DNA from: Camelus ferus | Taxonomy: Eukaryota | Direction: 5' to 3' | DNA length: 64,000 bases | Assembly: GCF_009834535.1 (NCBI RefSeq) | Contig: NC_045697.1 | Span: forward strand, 47,432,001 to 47,496,000 | Shown: positions 51,137 to 63,380 of the stretch, in pieces | Numbering within the stretch: the stretch's first letter is position 1 | Layout: each line of letters begins with the position of its first letter | Made by a program: the position numbers and the translations under genes | Notes under the pieces: model-generated | The model's input: the letters and a program-made list of their open reading frames with translations, nothing else | Told to the model about the DNA's origin: nothing | Database searches by the model: none

Positions 51137-52363
51137 CTGAGGAAGGAAGTTAAAAAAGAAAAAAGAAAAAGAAAGAAAGAAGGAAAACAATGGTATAGTA
51201 TGTATGGCATCAAAACTGTCTGAACTTGTCAGCTCCTTTGAGCCTGGGTAGAATGTCAGGCCCCTGAGAGGCTCTGGGTGGCACACAAATAAATGACCAA
51301 CAAGTCAGCATTTTATATAGAAGCACAGGGCACTGCTCTATGGTCTCATCTCCAAATAAAGAAGATAAAGTTCCACTTGTCTGGGTGAACAATCTCTTAA
51401 GGAGACCTGGATGGATGTGGTAATATGGTGACTTAAGAATCATGTCTCTCTTCATGAATTTGAACACACTTCGTTATCTAAACCCTATTTTCCCCTTCTA
51501 CAAGGTGAAAACAGCACTTTTACTTGCTGACTTCCTACTAGGGCATCTGGGACAGGAGACAGGAAAATTCCTTTTAAATTTAGAAAGACACTGAGCATCT
51601 TTGGGCTGAGGCATATTTTTCTGTTTTCAAGGGCCATGTGCAGGGCAATGGGACAGTTAAAGTGCTTCATTAAAGAAAGTGAATTAAAAAAAGTAAAAGC
51701 AAGCTAAAATGCAATGACAAACAGCCTCTCCTATAACTCTCCATCAACAGCAACAGTTTCATCTTTAAAAGACCAACAGGCGTTCGGATGGACTAAGACA
51801 TCACTTGGGAGACGCAAGTGCCAGACCTGAGCTCATACCAAGGGCACGACCCTTAGAAAAGAGGTAGGTAGACGATTCCCATGGTGGTTTTCACCTCTCT
51901 GCTTTAATCAGGAAAAGTGCTTTCTCTGCAAAAGGAACAAGCTTATAAGGATGTCTACCACGTCTCTAACCTGAAGTGAACACCTTTTGTAATTAATTAC
52001 AAGGCTGCTAAGCTGTTCCTTGCATGAAATGGCCCAGGAATATCAAGCAATGATGCCTACACCAAGAAGAGGATGTGCAGATTCTGAAAACTTGTTTTGC
52101 CTGAGTTTACACAGGAAAGCAAGGAAATAGCTGAAACTGAATTTCAGAGACACCAATTACCCAGGATTCAGGCTTTTAGAGCAACCAGCGTCTACTGTGA
52201 CCCCAAAGAATATTAGCTTGCTGTGAATTTGATTATACTTTGATGCAAAGAATGGACTAGACTCAGGCAAGGCAGGGGAATGATCAGCTGAAATCTATGT
52301 GTTTATTCTAATAACCCATTGGGTACTTCAGTTAAGAAGCTTCCCATAGCAATTGGGTCCTAC

Positions 52364-52517
52364 CATGGCCAGGCTTTTTCGTCAATACAAAAATCAGCTC
52401 ATTATCTGGAGTGTCCAGGTCTTGCACGCTCAGAGAGGAATTGCTTATCACCACTCCGGAGCTCAGCTGCACGCCGAGGGGCCGCAAAGTCATCCTGGGA
52501 GGCTCGTCGTTCTTCCT
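52364..52517 (-). CDS. FRAS1: FRAS1 window exon 5/27 (154 nt)
   Basis: tcag|AGG...CATG|gtagga; RKNDEPPRMTLRPLGVQLSSGVVISNSSLSVQDLDTPDNELIFVLTKKPGH(G); phase 0 to 1. Confidence 0.96.
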
Positions 52518-53530
52518 CTGATGAAAGCATATAAAACATCACACAGACACTGGTTTAAGAAGAACAAGAAGAAGGAAAAAAACAACGCACATTCTACAGA
52601 GAAAGTAACACCATCACATCAACTTTTACTATTGAAATAGCATTTACTCTGTCGCCATCTTCAATTCTCAATCAAAATGGTTAGTTTGAAAGGTAAGCAG
52701 GTTATACAAACCAAAAGGCCCCTTGAAAAGAAACTGATGGGCATGCCACAGAAATCCCAGATATTTCCCATAGGTACAATGGTGACATTTTCCAGACCGA
52801 AAATATGGAAATGGGTTAGACAAGCACAAGTATGTGTGGGGGATAAAAGGGCACTTTATTTGAAAGCAGAACTGTCTCAGAACCCCAAGCATATCCCAGT
52901 GCCTGTAGGAGGACACGTATGTGAAACTGTGGGTGTCTCCCTGACCACCCTCTGCCCAGCCCTCCCCACTCCTGTCCCTGAAGGATGCGGAGGGCACCAC
53001 GTCTTATTTTCGCAAGTCAGAGGACATTCCATTCTCAGTTTTAACTTTTATCTTTATCTCTCCCTAGGGTGGCAGAGCAAGCCTATGTAGTTGCTCAAAT
53101 GAGACTAAATACAGCATCAAGGGACACATTTCTTTAACATTACAATGTAATGAATAAATGCGTTAAAATATAAGAAAAGGCAAGTATGCACATAGAACCA
53201 CAACAATAATTTCAGGAAAAAATAACTGTATGTTATTTTTCACCCAATATGAGACTGGCAAGGTTTCTCTGTCTGACCTTCATAAAGTATTTTCACACAG
53301 AACAGATAGATTTTACCCTGAAATGGAAATTCAGATTTCCAAGTCAGACCATCCCCAAATGCCACCCTTAATTCTACACGTTTTCTAAAGGTCAGGGTTA
53401 TATTTTTTAAACTGACCTCAAAAATTGAAGGTTAAAGCCAAGCATTCTTGCTTTTGAGTTCATATAAAGGTACCTAAAGGTGGGACATTGTGGTCAAAGG
53501 CCCCACTTTTCCAAATTCCAAAGTCTTTAC

Positions 53531-53721
53531 CTCAATGGTGATGTTAATGCTGTGAACTTCTGATCGACTGTTTCCATCACTCACATAAAAACTGAAAATA
53601 TCGTAGGTTGGCTCAATGCTTTCATGAACACTCTGAAAGTAATAAATGTAGTTTTCCAGGACATCTTGAATAGGGAACGATGCCTCTGGGTCACTAGTAG
53701 TTCCAGGGCCAAAACGATCAC
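53531..53721 (-). CDS. FRAS1: FRAS1 window exon 4/27 (191 nt)
   Basis: gcag|GT...GAG|gtaaag; DRFGPGTTSDPEASFPIQDVLENYIYYFQSVHESIEPTYDIFSFYVSDGNSRSEVHSINITIE; phase 1 to 0. Confidence 0.96.
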
Positions 53722-55534
53722 CTGCATCAACAGTAAGAGGGAACTTTTACTTTGATCTGTCACTTCCTGTTTACTAGGCTGAACTGGAAAACATGACAGT
53801 GTTATCAACAGAAGATGAAAACACACTTGAGAAGAAAGGTGGCAGAGTGGAACTGGAAGACTTGGAGTGGGATCCCAGCTTCCCCACCATTTCTTATCTA
53901 TAAATGGGAATCAATAAGATACCAGGCATGAAAGCACTCAGAATGCTATTTCATATAGCACAGAATCAGTGACTGTTTTGTTAGACATCTTTGATAAAGC
54001 AAGTCCTGGGGCAAGCAAGGACACAACAGCAAAAGTTCCACCTTAACTGTAATCAATTTCAGAACCACTCTGCAAGAGGAACCCTCTTTCTCCATAGAAG
54101 AAAAGGTGAACTGTGTACCTCTGTAAACAGAGACCTCTAAGAAACATCTCCTCAAGCATGTTTTCACTGGACCCTTCAGTTCCTTAAGGGAACCTCTGCC
54201 TGGGTTAGTGCTCAGCCCCAGGGATGGCACACCAGAGCTACTGTGATGACCAGGGACCGTCTGGAGCGCAGGTGCACCCCAGGTGCTGGGATGCTTGTCA
54301 GGTACCACTCAGAGCTCAATAGAAAGTGCTGGCTCTGGTTAACTCTTCTTTCCATCCCAACTCGAAAGGCCAAGAGGAAGGGCAAGCGCATCTAAATGAT
54401 CGATGACTTGTCTCTTACTTGGTCTAAGTCTTTCTAATTGATTGATTTTAAATGTTTGCATTTTCTTCTAAAGGGAGGAGAAAAAAGAAATCCTGTGTCT
54501 TCAAATACTCCCTGGATATACATCAACAAAGGAAAGTGTAGATAGTAGATCTGAAAGCAACAAGACTTTCTCTTTCCCTCTTTCATGGTCCTTTGCAGAG
54601 ATTAGGTCATAAATTAAAAGGCCATTGATTTCCTGAATTGTATACAGGGTCATTTTTTGTCAACCTCCCAACGGAAAGACTAAGAATGAAAACGTTTTAT
54701 TTACAATTTCTTTGAAATGAGAACTTGAGACAATTTTTTTCTTAGATAACACGAGTTTTCTTAAATTTTACTACTCAGATTTGATTCCTCTTGGCACCAG
54801 AAGCATAGAGGGGTCTAAGTGACCAGTGACCTGATAAGCCCTAGGGCATACAGTTTAGGGTTTCTGGAAAGAATTGCTGTAATTCCTTCAAACTTTTATT
54901 TTCTCTTTCCATTGCTCACTATAAATATAAGAAATACGTCTTCTTTATTTGGGTCAAAAATAGCCTAAGTAAATGATGCCTGAAAATCTGCTCAAACAGC
55001 ATCATGACTTACTTTCTGCCATTAGAAAACAAGCTATTCAACAAGTGCACCTGTCAGGGAGGCTTCAAGCACCAGCTCTTTCCATTTTTAAAATAGCACC
55101 TTCTATTTTTTTTAAGTAAATCGTTCTCATTAATGTGCTTCCTTGCCTTCTTAAAAAGAATATACCACGTGCAAATTAAACAGTTCCCGATGCACGCAGG
55201 CTATCATTCTGCATCGTGCTGGAACACAGTGATGCCTGACAGGTAATCAAGGTGGGCCCCATCCTGGTTGTGCTGGTACTAAAGCGATGTAGATTCCACG
55301 CTGCTGGATTTCATACCAAACAATATGATTTTTCAGTTTCTTCTGCTTTGCTGGTATGAAGCTAAAGCTACTTCTTCTAATGTTTTTAAAAAGACATTCT
55401 TCTAATCAGCTGAATTCTGAATCTAGGTAGCCCATTTCATACACATATGAAACCATAGAGCAAATGGTGGGTCTTTACATTATTTGCTCCCCTGAATATC
55501 TTTCCCTTACTTCCAAGTTCATACTAATGTAGAG

Positions 55535-55718
55535 CAGCGGTTCTCCAAGTGGTCCTTGGACCAGCAGCAATGGCGTCGCAGGTGAGCTGGTGAGAAATGC
55601 AAATGCATGCGTCTCACCAATCTCCCCAAACAAGAACTCGGGGGTGGCTGCCCAGGAAGCTGTGTTTGCACAAGCTCTCCAGGTGAGTCGTATGCACATT
55701 AAAGTTTGAGAACCACTT
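55535..55718 (+). mobile_element. MER5A (hAT-Charlie MITE)
   Basis: cagcggttctccaagtggtcc..ggaccagcagca...agaaatgcaaat...ctccaggtga...taaagtttgagaaccact; tagag on both flanks (partial TSD). Confidence 0.88.
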
Positions 55719-56689
55719 TTAGAGAGGCTGAGATGCACCAGAAATTTGACTTCTGGGCCACTGAAACACCCCTCTGCATGCACTCCAGGTTAACATAAAA
55801 CAGCGTTAGGGAGACTTAGAAAGCAACCCCCTGGAGAGAAGAGAGGGCCTGGGCAACCATCCTTTCACCATTTCCCACCTTTGCTCGTGTTCTTCCCTCT
55901 GTGAGAAATGTCATTCTCTCTCTGCCCACAGCGACTCCCACTAACCCTTCAAGTTCCAACTCAAATGTCACTTCCTCAGACTTTCCTGCCTTCCCAGCCA
56001 AAAGTCACTGTTTCATCCCACGTGCTTTCTCAGTGCTTTGCTCCTCTCCCTGACCTGACGTCTCATCATCATCATTTATCAGTCTTCATATCTGTCTCCC
56101 ACTTGAGGCAGGAGCTGTGTCTTGTTTGTGTTTACATTCGTCGTATCCGGCACAAACATTCACTGAGATAAATCTAACTCAGCCATAACCAAATCTAAGG
56201 GCACACACTGAAAGGCAAGATGGGGAAAAGACTCAGGATTTGCTATGGGAAAACATGACCCTTGCTAAATGAATTTCCAGTAACGGGGCTCAAGTCCCAG
56301 GCCCCACGCTGGTGGCAGACGCCTTCAGTCAATGGCCTCTCTGTGGGAGCTGCTAGCTGCACGCCAATTAGAGCCAAGCGCTGGCACTCGAGCATCTCTC
56401 TGCAGAGCAGCAGCGCAGCAGCCTGCCAGGAGCTGTCTCAACTGCCAGTCACTGCGGTCTCAGGGGCCTGTGGACGGTATCCGCCTTCTCGCCTCCTCTT
56501 CTCTGGGACAACCACCAAGGGCAGTGGGTCCTGGGCAGATGGTGAGGGGGAGGGATGTCGAGGAGAGGGTCACAGAGACAAGCATGCATTTCAATTCATG
56601 TCATGTCCTAGGAAAAAGCTGAGACACAAGCTATGGTTCAGCTGAACTGCAGCTGTCTCACAGTAAAAGGACAGAAAATTGTATTTCCT

Positions 56690-56970
56690 TGACCCTCAAT
56701 TCCAAGCGCAATCCACGAGCCCCTCTGTCCCCTCTGCCAGCTCCCAAACCCCCTTACCCTGCTCTCATTTTTCCTGTGGTACTGATTACATCCTAACATC
56801 TTACACAACTTTCTCATTTATTAGGTTTCTCATGTCTCCCCCAACCAGGATCTAAGGCACCATGAACGTAGGGGTTTCTGCCTGTTTTGTTTACTGGTGT
56901 CTCTTCAGCTCTTAAAAAAGTGCTTGGCCTGCAGGAAAGGCTCAGTCTATTTTCTGTTCAGTCAGTGAAA
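56690..56970 (+). mobile_element. L2 3' fragment
   Basis: tgtctccccc..aggatctaaggcaccatga...tgcctgttttgtttactggtgtctc...gtgcttggc. Confidence 0.6.
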
Positions 56971-57102
56971 CCTTCCTTCCTTTCTTCCATCTCTCTGGGA
57001 TGGTCCCACTCCTCTTCAGGTTAATTGCAGGCAGTGACCCCACCTCCACGCTCCCTTCTCTCCAGGTCCGGGACAGTTCTACAGCACAGCTACTGCTGGT
57101 AC

Positions 57103-57238
57103 CTGTCCCCGTGTTCTCGATGCAGCCGTATCTGGGCAGGGCACTCAGCTTAATGATGGCATCCCCCTGGAGGTTGTCATGATCATCAGCAGCGAAGAAG
57201 TGGTGAAATGAGAGTGGGGCTCTCCCGCCCTCATCAAC
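57103..57238 (-). CDS. FRAS1: FRAS1 window exon 3/27 (136 nt)
   Basis: ccag|GTT...ACAG|gtacca; VDEGGRAPLSFHHFFAADDHDNLQGDAIIKLSALPRYGCIENTGT(G); phase 0 to 1. Confidence 0.95.
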
Positions 57239-58129
57239 CTGGGAAAGAGAAGATTGTAGAGTCCTTGGGCGGTTGCACGTAACTGCAGCGAAAAAGAACT
57301 GAATTAAAAACAGCTGCCTGGGTGACCTCCTAGCAGCGATGCCACTTCTCTGAGAGGCAGGTCCTACAGACGGGATGAGGAACTGTGCGTGTGCTGGGGC
57401 CAGGCAGTGCTTCAGTGCCTCTCAAAGCTGCACTCAGACATGATGACTTTCCTGTTTCCCTTCAAAGTTGTGCTTCCTTCAGTGATGGATCTGGTTATGA
57501 AGCAGCTCTGGCCCATTCTAATCACCCGCCTTGGAACAGCTGCATGACTGGATGCTTGCCCTCCTTCCGTATCAATGTTAAACACCCGCAGCCAGAGAAT
57601 GAGCCATCCAGTTCTCCCTCGGGGACCGTGAGAGTGATCCTGTCCTATAGGAGCTCCCGCCCGGAGTAAAGTCCCATTTATGCCCTTACAGTACATGTTT
57701 ACTGGTGTGCAGGAAGGAAGGGCGCACTGTACCTAGCGCTTACCTAATGTCAAGGAGGAAAGTAAATCAGAGTAAGTAAAAGCAGTTGCTCTAGCCACCT
57801 TTTTCCTTTAGGGCCCTGTTTTGTGTGCTAAATTTGCAACCTGAGCCTGGTGTTTTTTTGCTAGCCTGCTGGATGCGAAGCTGCTTATTCTGAATGACTG
57901 TTGGCCAAATATGGGAAGATCTACAAGTGACAAAGTGGAAAGTCACCCTGGCTCTGGGAATGCGGAAGGTCCAAATGGCTTCCCCAAGGTGTGGAAATGA
58001 AATGAAAAAAATGGGTGGAATATGGGAGCCATTTCGAAACAACTTCATTCTCTGACTTTTCAGTTGCTTGACAAAACCAGAAAAATCCTGAGTTTTAGGA
58101 AGTGTGGTGTGTACACAGAGCAGAACTGG

Positions 58130-58350
58130 GAAAGTGGATTAACTTTTATGGAGTTCCTACCATGTGCCAGCATGGTGCCAGGGCCCTTGAATGCTATTTT
58201 ATTAATCATCAGAGCAATTCTCTGTGTGACAGGAACAGTGTTCCTTTAAAATTAGAAATTGAGGCTAAGAAAGATTACATAATTGGTCCAAGGCCACTTA
58301 GCTAGTCACAGAACCAGCACTTGAACTCAGGTCGGGGTAACTTCATGATT
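58130..58350 (-). mobile_element. MIR SINE
   Basis: cctaccatgtgccagc...gaaattgaggctaaga...tccaaggccac...cttgaactcagg. Confidence 0.65.
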
Positions 58351-58814
58351 AAGACACATTATCTAGCCTCCTACGCTCCCCACCCCAAGAAACTGTCAAT
58401 ATTGTTTACAGTGAAAAGTATCAACTTGATTCAAGAAGTGACCTGGGGACACTGTCCATAACCCTGTTTTAGTTGCTGCAAACATTGGACTATAAATTCT
58501 TCAAAGATATATTCCTACTCCACTACACACCTAGCCTGGTACATAAAATACTATACACATCTCGAGTCATGTCTGGCACATAAATATTTGTAGACTACTA
58601 AAACTAATGCGGATATAATGATTTGATCTTCTGCATATCACTATTTGCATACTTTCTGAAAAACTCACAATTGAAAACCATGCATATCTTGATACTATGA
58701 TACAGATATTTGGGGGGAAAGACGTGACAGCCAATTTAGGTATCTTTTATTCACATTGCCACACATTCCAGCTCTCGGCAGCACCCACTGTTCACTGATC
58801 TCAGAACTGTTTAC

Positions 58815-58977
58815 CGTGATAAGGTCAGCAAATGCAATGACGGGGGGTGGGTCCCGGACAGGAGTGATGGTGATGGTAAACAGCTGATTGTCCAGACGGT
58901 TGTTGTCCTTATCAGAGACAGAGAAGTGGAAGCTGTCAGTAACCAGATGACCACCGGTCTCATATGCAGCTGAGTAC
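58815..58977 (-). CDS. FRAS1: FRAS1 window exon 2/27 (163 nt)
   Basis: ctag|G...ACG|gtaaac; YSAAYETGGHLVTDSFHFSVSDKDNNRLDNQLFTITITPVRDPPPVIAFADLIT; phase 2 to 0. Confidence 0.95.
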
Positions 58978-59163
58978 CTAGACAGGCCAAGAGAGGAATG
59001 GAATGAAGGAGCTACACTGAGAGGCCAGGTAGGATGACGGCATCTTTGTTTAAAGATGGGGCCAGAGGCAACAAAATCCTTCCAAGGAAGCTACTGGTTA
59101 GTTGCTTAAATATTTTAACACAATTTTAAAAATTACGTCAAGTAATGCCAAGTGATTACCTAC

Positions 59164-59312
59164 CTAATTTTCCTGCTGCTGATGTCTTCCATTGTGAAGT
59201 TGGAAATCTCTGAGAGTTCTTCCACCTCAGGTCCCGAGGTTCTTAGAAGAGCACCATACATGGGCAGAGAATTTAAATGAATCCAGATTTCTCGGTCAGG
59301 AGACGAGTCATC
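59164..59312 (-). CDS. FRAS1: FRAS1 window exon 1/27 (149 nt), CSPG repeat region
   Basis: ttag|GAT...ATTAG|gtaggt; DDSSPDREIWIHLNSLPMYGALLRTSGPEVEELSEISNFTMEDISSRKI(R); phase 0 to 2. Confidence 0.95.
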
Positions 59313-61349
59313 CTAATCGGGCAAATATGAAGACATGAATGCGCATTTGCAGGAATAAATACTTCCAGTAGTTAAAGATCATGGGTGCTTCCTTCTTGTC
59401 TAAAAGGAAAAATCTCTTTCCTTTTATGATAAAGCATATCATTTCAAACTGCATGCAATCCCCAGTATTTATTTCTCCTACAGGGTTTCTTTGATCAAGA
59501 TAATAGTGGAAAATGCACTTTAGGTACGGGGCATAAAACAAAGAGATGCCCTATAGTTACTTTAAGAGCCATGCAAGGTTTTGTTTTTATTACAAGCATC
59601 TGGTGAAGAACAAAACATAGTCAGAAACATGTCATCTTTCTATAAACACAGTTGTAATCTTCTTCTAGAGTTTCTCAGAAGAGTCTGATTTTCAGAAACA
59701 GGTAAAATTCCATTATACATTGGTAACAATGATTTAAAAATTCTGTGAAGCAGAAAGAATGGAAGTTGATTAGCTGAGCCAATGCATTAATGTTCAACAT
59801 GATAAAAACTGTAGGTTAACAGAAGAATTGAGGAAACTTTATGGATTTCACTCGATTAGGACCAAATCTATGGATGCTCAACCCCCAAGATGCCCAGTTT
59901 AATGAAGACCCTTCCTTTACTTCCCTTTCCTCTGCACTGTTTTTGGAGAAATGAAACTGGCTCTCTTGTGTTTCTACATGGATTGTCACTGAATGTCTTA
60001 ATGAACAATTTTCTCTTTCTCCAAGGATATTTTTGGAACTATCTGGAAGGCAGGCAATATCTCTTTGGAAAGATTCCCCGAGTCATTCATCCTTCAGGGC
60101 AGTTGACTGTGAACATGGGGGCACTCGACACTTTACCATAGGAACAAAAAGAAATAGTGTTTGGCCAAGTGTACTCTCAAATGCAAATTTTCACGGCTAG
60201 GTTGTACACTTAGTTGACGTATGAGACCAGGAAGGTGAGCGCAGCTACCTGGGGATCTGGGGCAGCAGGTTGTAGTCAGCTGTCATTTAGATTCTGAGGG
60301 ATCGCTTTAAGTTGACAGTTCAGAGCCTCAATGCAAGATCAGAATTTTCCGTATTTCCTCACATCACTTGACAACAGCAAGGAAGGAAACTCAAATTCAC
60401 TGAAGCTGCAAAACTTCAGAAAATTTCCCCTAAATTTATATTTTAAAAGCTTCTCTTTTTTCACATGGGTTATCAAATACAATATGCAAGCTTCCAAAAG
60501 ACTATTTCTTTTTTTTTTTTTTAAGTCACCCAATACCATTTGAAAGGCAATTGTCTTTTCCATTGCTTCTCAGATGCCTAGATTTCAGCTACTTTTCTGA
60601 AATAAAGGCCACCCAACCACCTTTGCTTTCTTTCTTTTTTCTTTTTAAAAGCTCTTTGTGAAATCTGATGCTAGAATAGAGTTGGTCAGAGGGACAGATA
60701 AGTCGAGACATATCTCACACTATGACAAAGATGCATGCTTCAGTAAGTGGATATGAATAGTTAAGAGACTACTTACTATTACTGTAAGTACCCTCTGGGG
60801 GAGAATTTTTAAAAGACAGCTGAGAGTTCTAAGGTATTGTCATCCGAGGTGGTGATAAACTACAAGGACAGAGCTCCAGGTACTTGATTAGAATGAAGAG
60901 CTTCTAAATGCCACACTGGCAAATTTGGCAGAGAAATGCTTATTTCATGTCAGGCACAACTTATTATAATCTTTCAAACCTCAAATGACTGCTGGGTTTG
61001 GAAGAGGATGAAATCAGCTGAATTTTTTTTTTCCTGAAAATGCTGTCATAACTTAAAGAAAATTACTATTTGGGGATATCCAAGATATTGTGGGTGAAAA
61101 AAATCCCTAAGAATATAGACCTTGTTCTCATGAAATTTTCCTACTCAAACACCTTCTTGCCCACTTAATATTAATTCATTTTTTCCATTTTCTTTTTATT
61201 ATTTATACATCTATTGACCCACCATTCAACACAAGGACTAGAATTCTGATAATTAACATTTATGTACGTGCTCCTCTTCTATCCTGACCCTGGGCCAGCC
61301 ATCATTTTAGATCTTGTTTCTCATTTCCTTGAATTTCTTGATATAGTTT

Positions 61350-63240
61350 GATATATTACTAAAAAGTATTTTTAGTTTTTTTTTTAACTTAGGAAAAGGA
61401 GTTAGACACTCCTCTTGTGGGATTTATTTTTCTTTTGACTCAATAGCAGACTGCTAAGATCCATTAATCTATTTTTGTGCAGCTGTAGTTCATCTGTTTT
61501 GAGTGTTCTCCGATGTTCCATAAAGTAAGTAAACCCAAAGTTACCTGTTATCCCCTTGATGCTGATGGACATTTGGCTTGTATCAATATTTTTGCTGTTA
61601 CAAATAGTGTCACTATTACAAACAGTATTGCTCTGAACATTCTCGTGCATATTTTTTGTAAGTATCTTATGCACGTGTGAAAGTGTCTCCTGGATAGGAA
61701 CCTAGGAGTGGCATGGTTAGAGTATATGGACATTCATCCTCAACAGACGATGCCAGATTCTTTCCCAGAGTTCTAATTTACACTTTCATCAGCAAAGAAG
61801 CTCCTATTTCTCTCCCAACATTTGGTATTCTCATACTTGTAAATTCCTGCCAATTGAATTGTTATTAAGTGGAATATAGTCTTAATTTGCTTCTTCTGCA
61901 ACTAAACTAAAATAACTAAAAAGGTGACTATCTCTCCTTATATTTATTGGCCTTGTGGGCTCCTCTTCTGAAATTCCTGCTCATGTCTCCTGTTCATTTT
62001 TCAAATGGATTATTTTTCTTCCGGATTTGCAGACGTTCTTCATATATTCTTTGTTATTTTTGGTTACATGTGTTGCAAATATCTTTTTCCAATTTGTAAC
62101 TTGTCTGTTTTTTTTGTATTTATGATGTGTTTTGGGGAGCATAAATTTAATTTTACTATAGTCAAGTTTATCAATCTCTTCTTTATAGTTAGTACTTTTT
62201 GTTTCTAGTTTAAGAAATTCTTCTCTTGCCCAGTATGATGAAAATATTCACCTATATCCTACAAAGAATTGTAAAATTTTTTACTTGTGACATTTAAGTA
62301 CTTGATTTGCTACAGTTAATATCTGTGTAGGGTGGGACATGGCAGTCCAAGTTCTTGTTTTTTTACATATGAATAATAATTTTGTGCAGATCCACGTTTT
62401 AAATAGCTCCTCCTGTTTCCACTGATCTGGCTTGATGTATCTGCTTTATTTGACAGTCCCAAGCGTGGGTCTGTTTCTGGACTCTCTAATATATTCCAGG
62501 GCTGCACTGCTTTAAATAGCGCAGGTTTTAATGAATCCTGGTACCTGATGGGGCAAGCCCCTGCCCTCCTATCATTCATTTTCAGAATTTTGGCCCTTTT
62601 TTTGGTCCTTATATATTGTGGAATCAGCTTATCAAGATCCTTTAAAAGTCCATTGGACTTTTTTTTTTTGACAGATCCTGACTCAGGTTTATTTGTACAA
62701 AATAGCACAGGAGGACACCAGCCATGGGCTTTTGATTGGAACTCAAGTGAATGGAAAGATCACATTGCGGGAGAACTGATATCTTTTTGATACTAAATCT
62801 TCCTATTCACGAATATGGTTGGTGTATCTTGTTATTTATTTAGTATTTTTTAAAATGTCAATTAAGTATTATAAATTTCCCTATAGATATATTGCCTGGT
62901 TTTTGCTAGATTTAGTCCAATGAATATAATTTTTGTGATGTTATTACCAGTGGTAGCATCTTTTTAGTTACATTTACTGGCTATTTTTTGCTTATGTATA
63001 GAAATGCTCTCGTTTTGTTGATCTTCTGTTTGGCCCCTTGGTAAATTCTCCTTTTATTTCTAATACTTTGTCAAGACATTCTTTTGGATTTTCTTTATAG
63101 TCAGTCATAACATCAATTTTCCCTAGAAGTTACACACCTTTTGTTACATTTATTCCTAATATATGTTGTGTAGTATTATTATAGATGGTATCATATTTTG
63201 AATTAATGTATTTTTGGCTGGTGCCTAGAAATTCTATTAG
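61350..63240 (-). mobile_element. Old L1 (L1M-type) fragment, ~1.9 kb
   Basis: T-rich; tgatggacatttgg, aggagtggcat, atgtgttgcaaatatcttttcc, gggtctgtttctggactctcta motifs of the antisense L1 ORF2/3'UTR. Confidence 0.8.
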
Positions 63241-63249
63241 CTAAGATTA

Positions 63250-63380
63250 ATCTTAACCTCCCCATACTACAAATGAGGAAATGGAGCCCTAGAGAGTTAA
63301 GTAACTTGTCAGGGGTTATTACACCAGTAAAAGTGGTGAGCTTGAATTAAAACTCGTTCATTCTAACCACAAAACCCTAC
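63250..63380 (-). mobile_element. MIR SINE
   Basis: tacaaatgaggaaatggagccctagagagttaagtaacttgtcaggg. Confidence 0.75.

Larger units (their letters stand above)
1012..59312 (-). other. FRAS1: FRAS1 gene, internal portion: 27 coding exons (4957 nt, ~1652 aa); gene continues beyond both window ends
   Basis: Hand-spliced exons give one continuous ORF with matching intron phases and GT-AG ends. Peptides (DDSSPD.EIWI, RKNDEPPRMTL, YNVSEKAGSV, VLDSIYFSRRFHVRC) match FRAS1 as I recall it; CSPG repeats are followed by 5 Calx-beta domains. Confidence 0.98.

Noticed and set aside
1012..59312. FRAS1 pseudogenisation or exon loss
   Set aside because: Exons missing from the ORF track (for example 47270-47389, 31244-31394, 21647-21794, 8782-8982) were found by hand; all phases are compatible and there are no internal stops.
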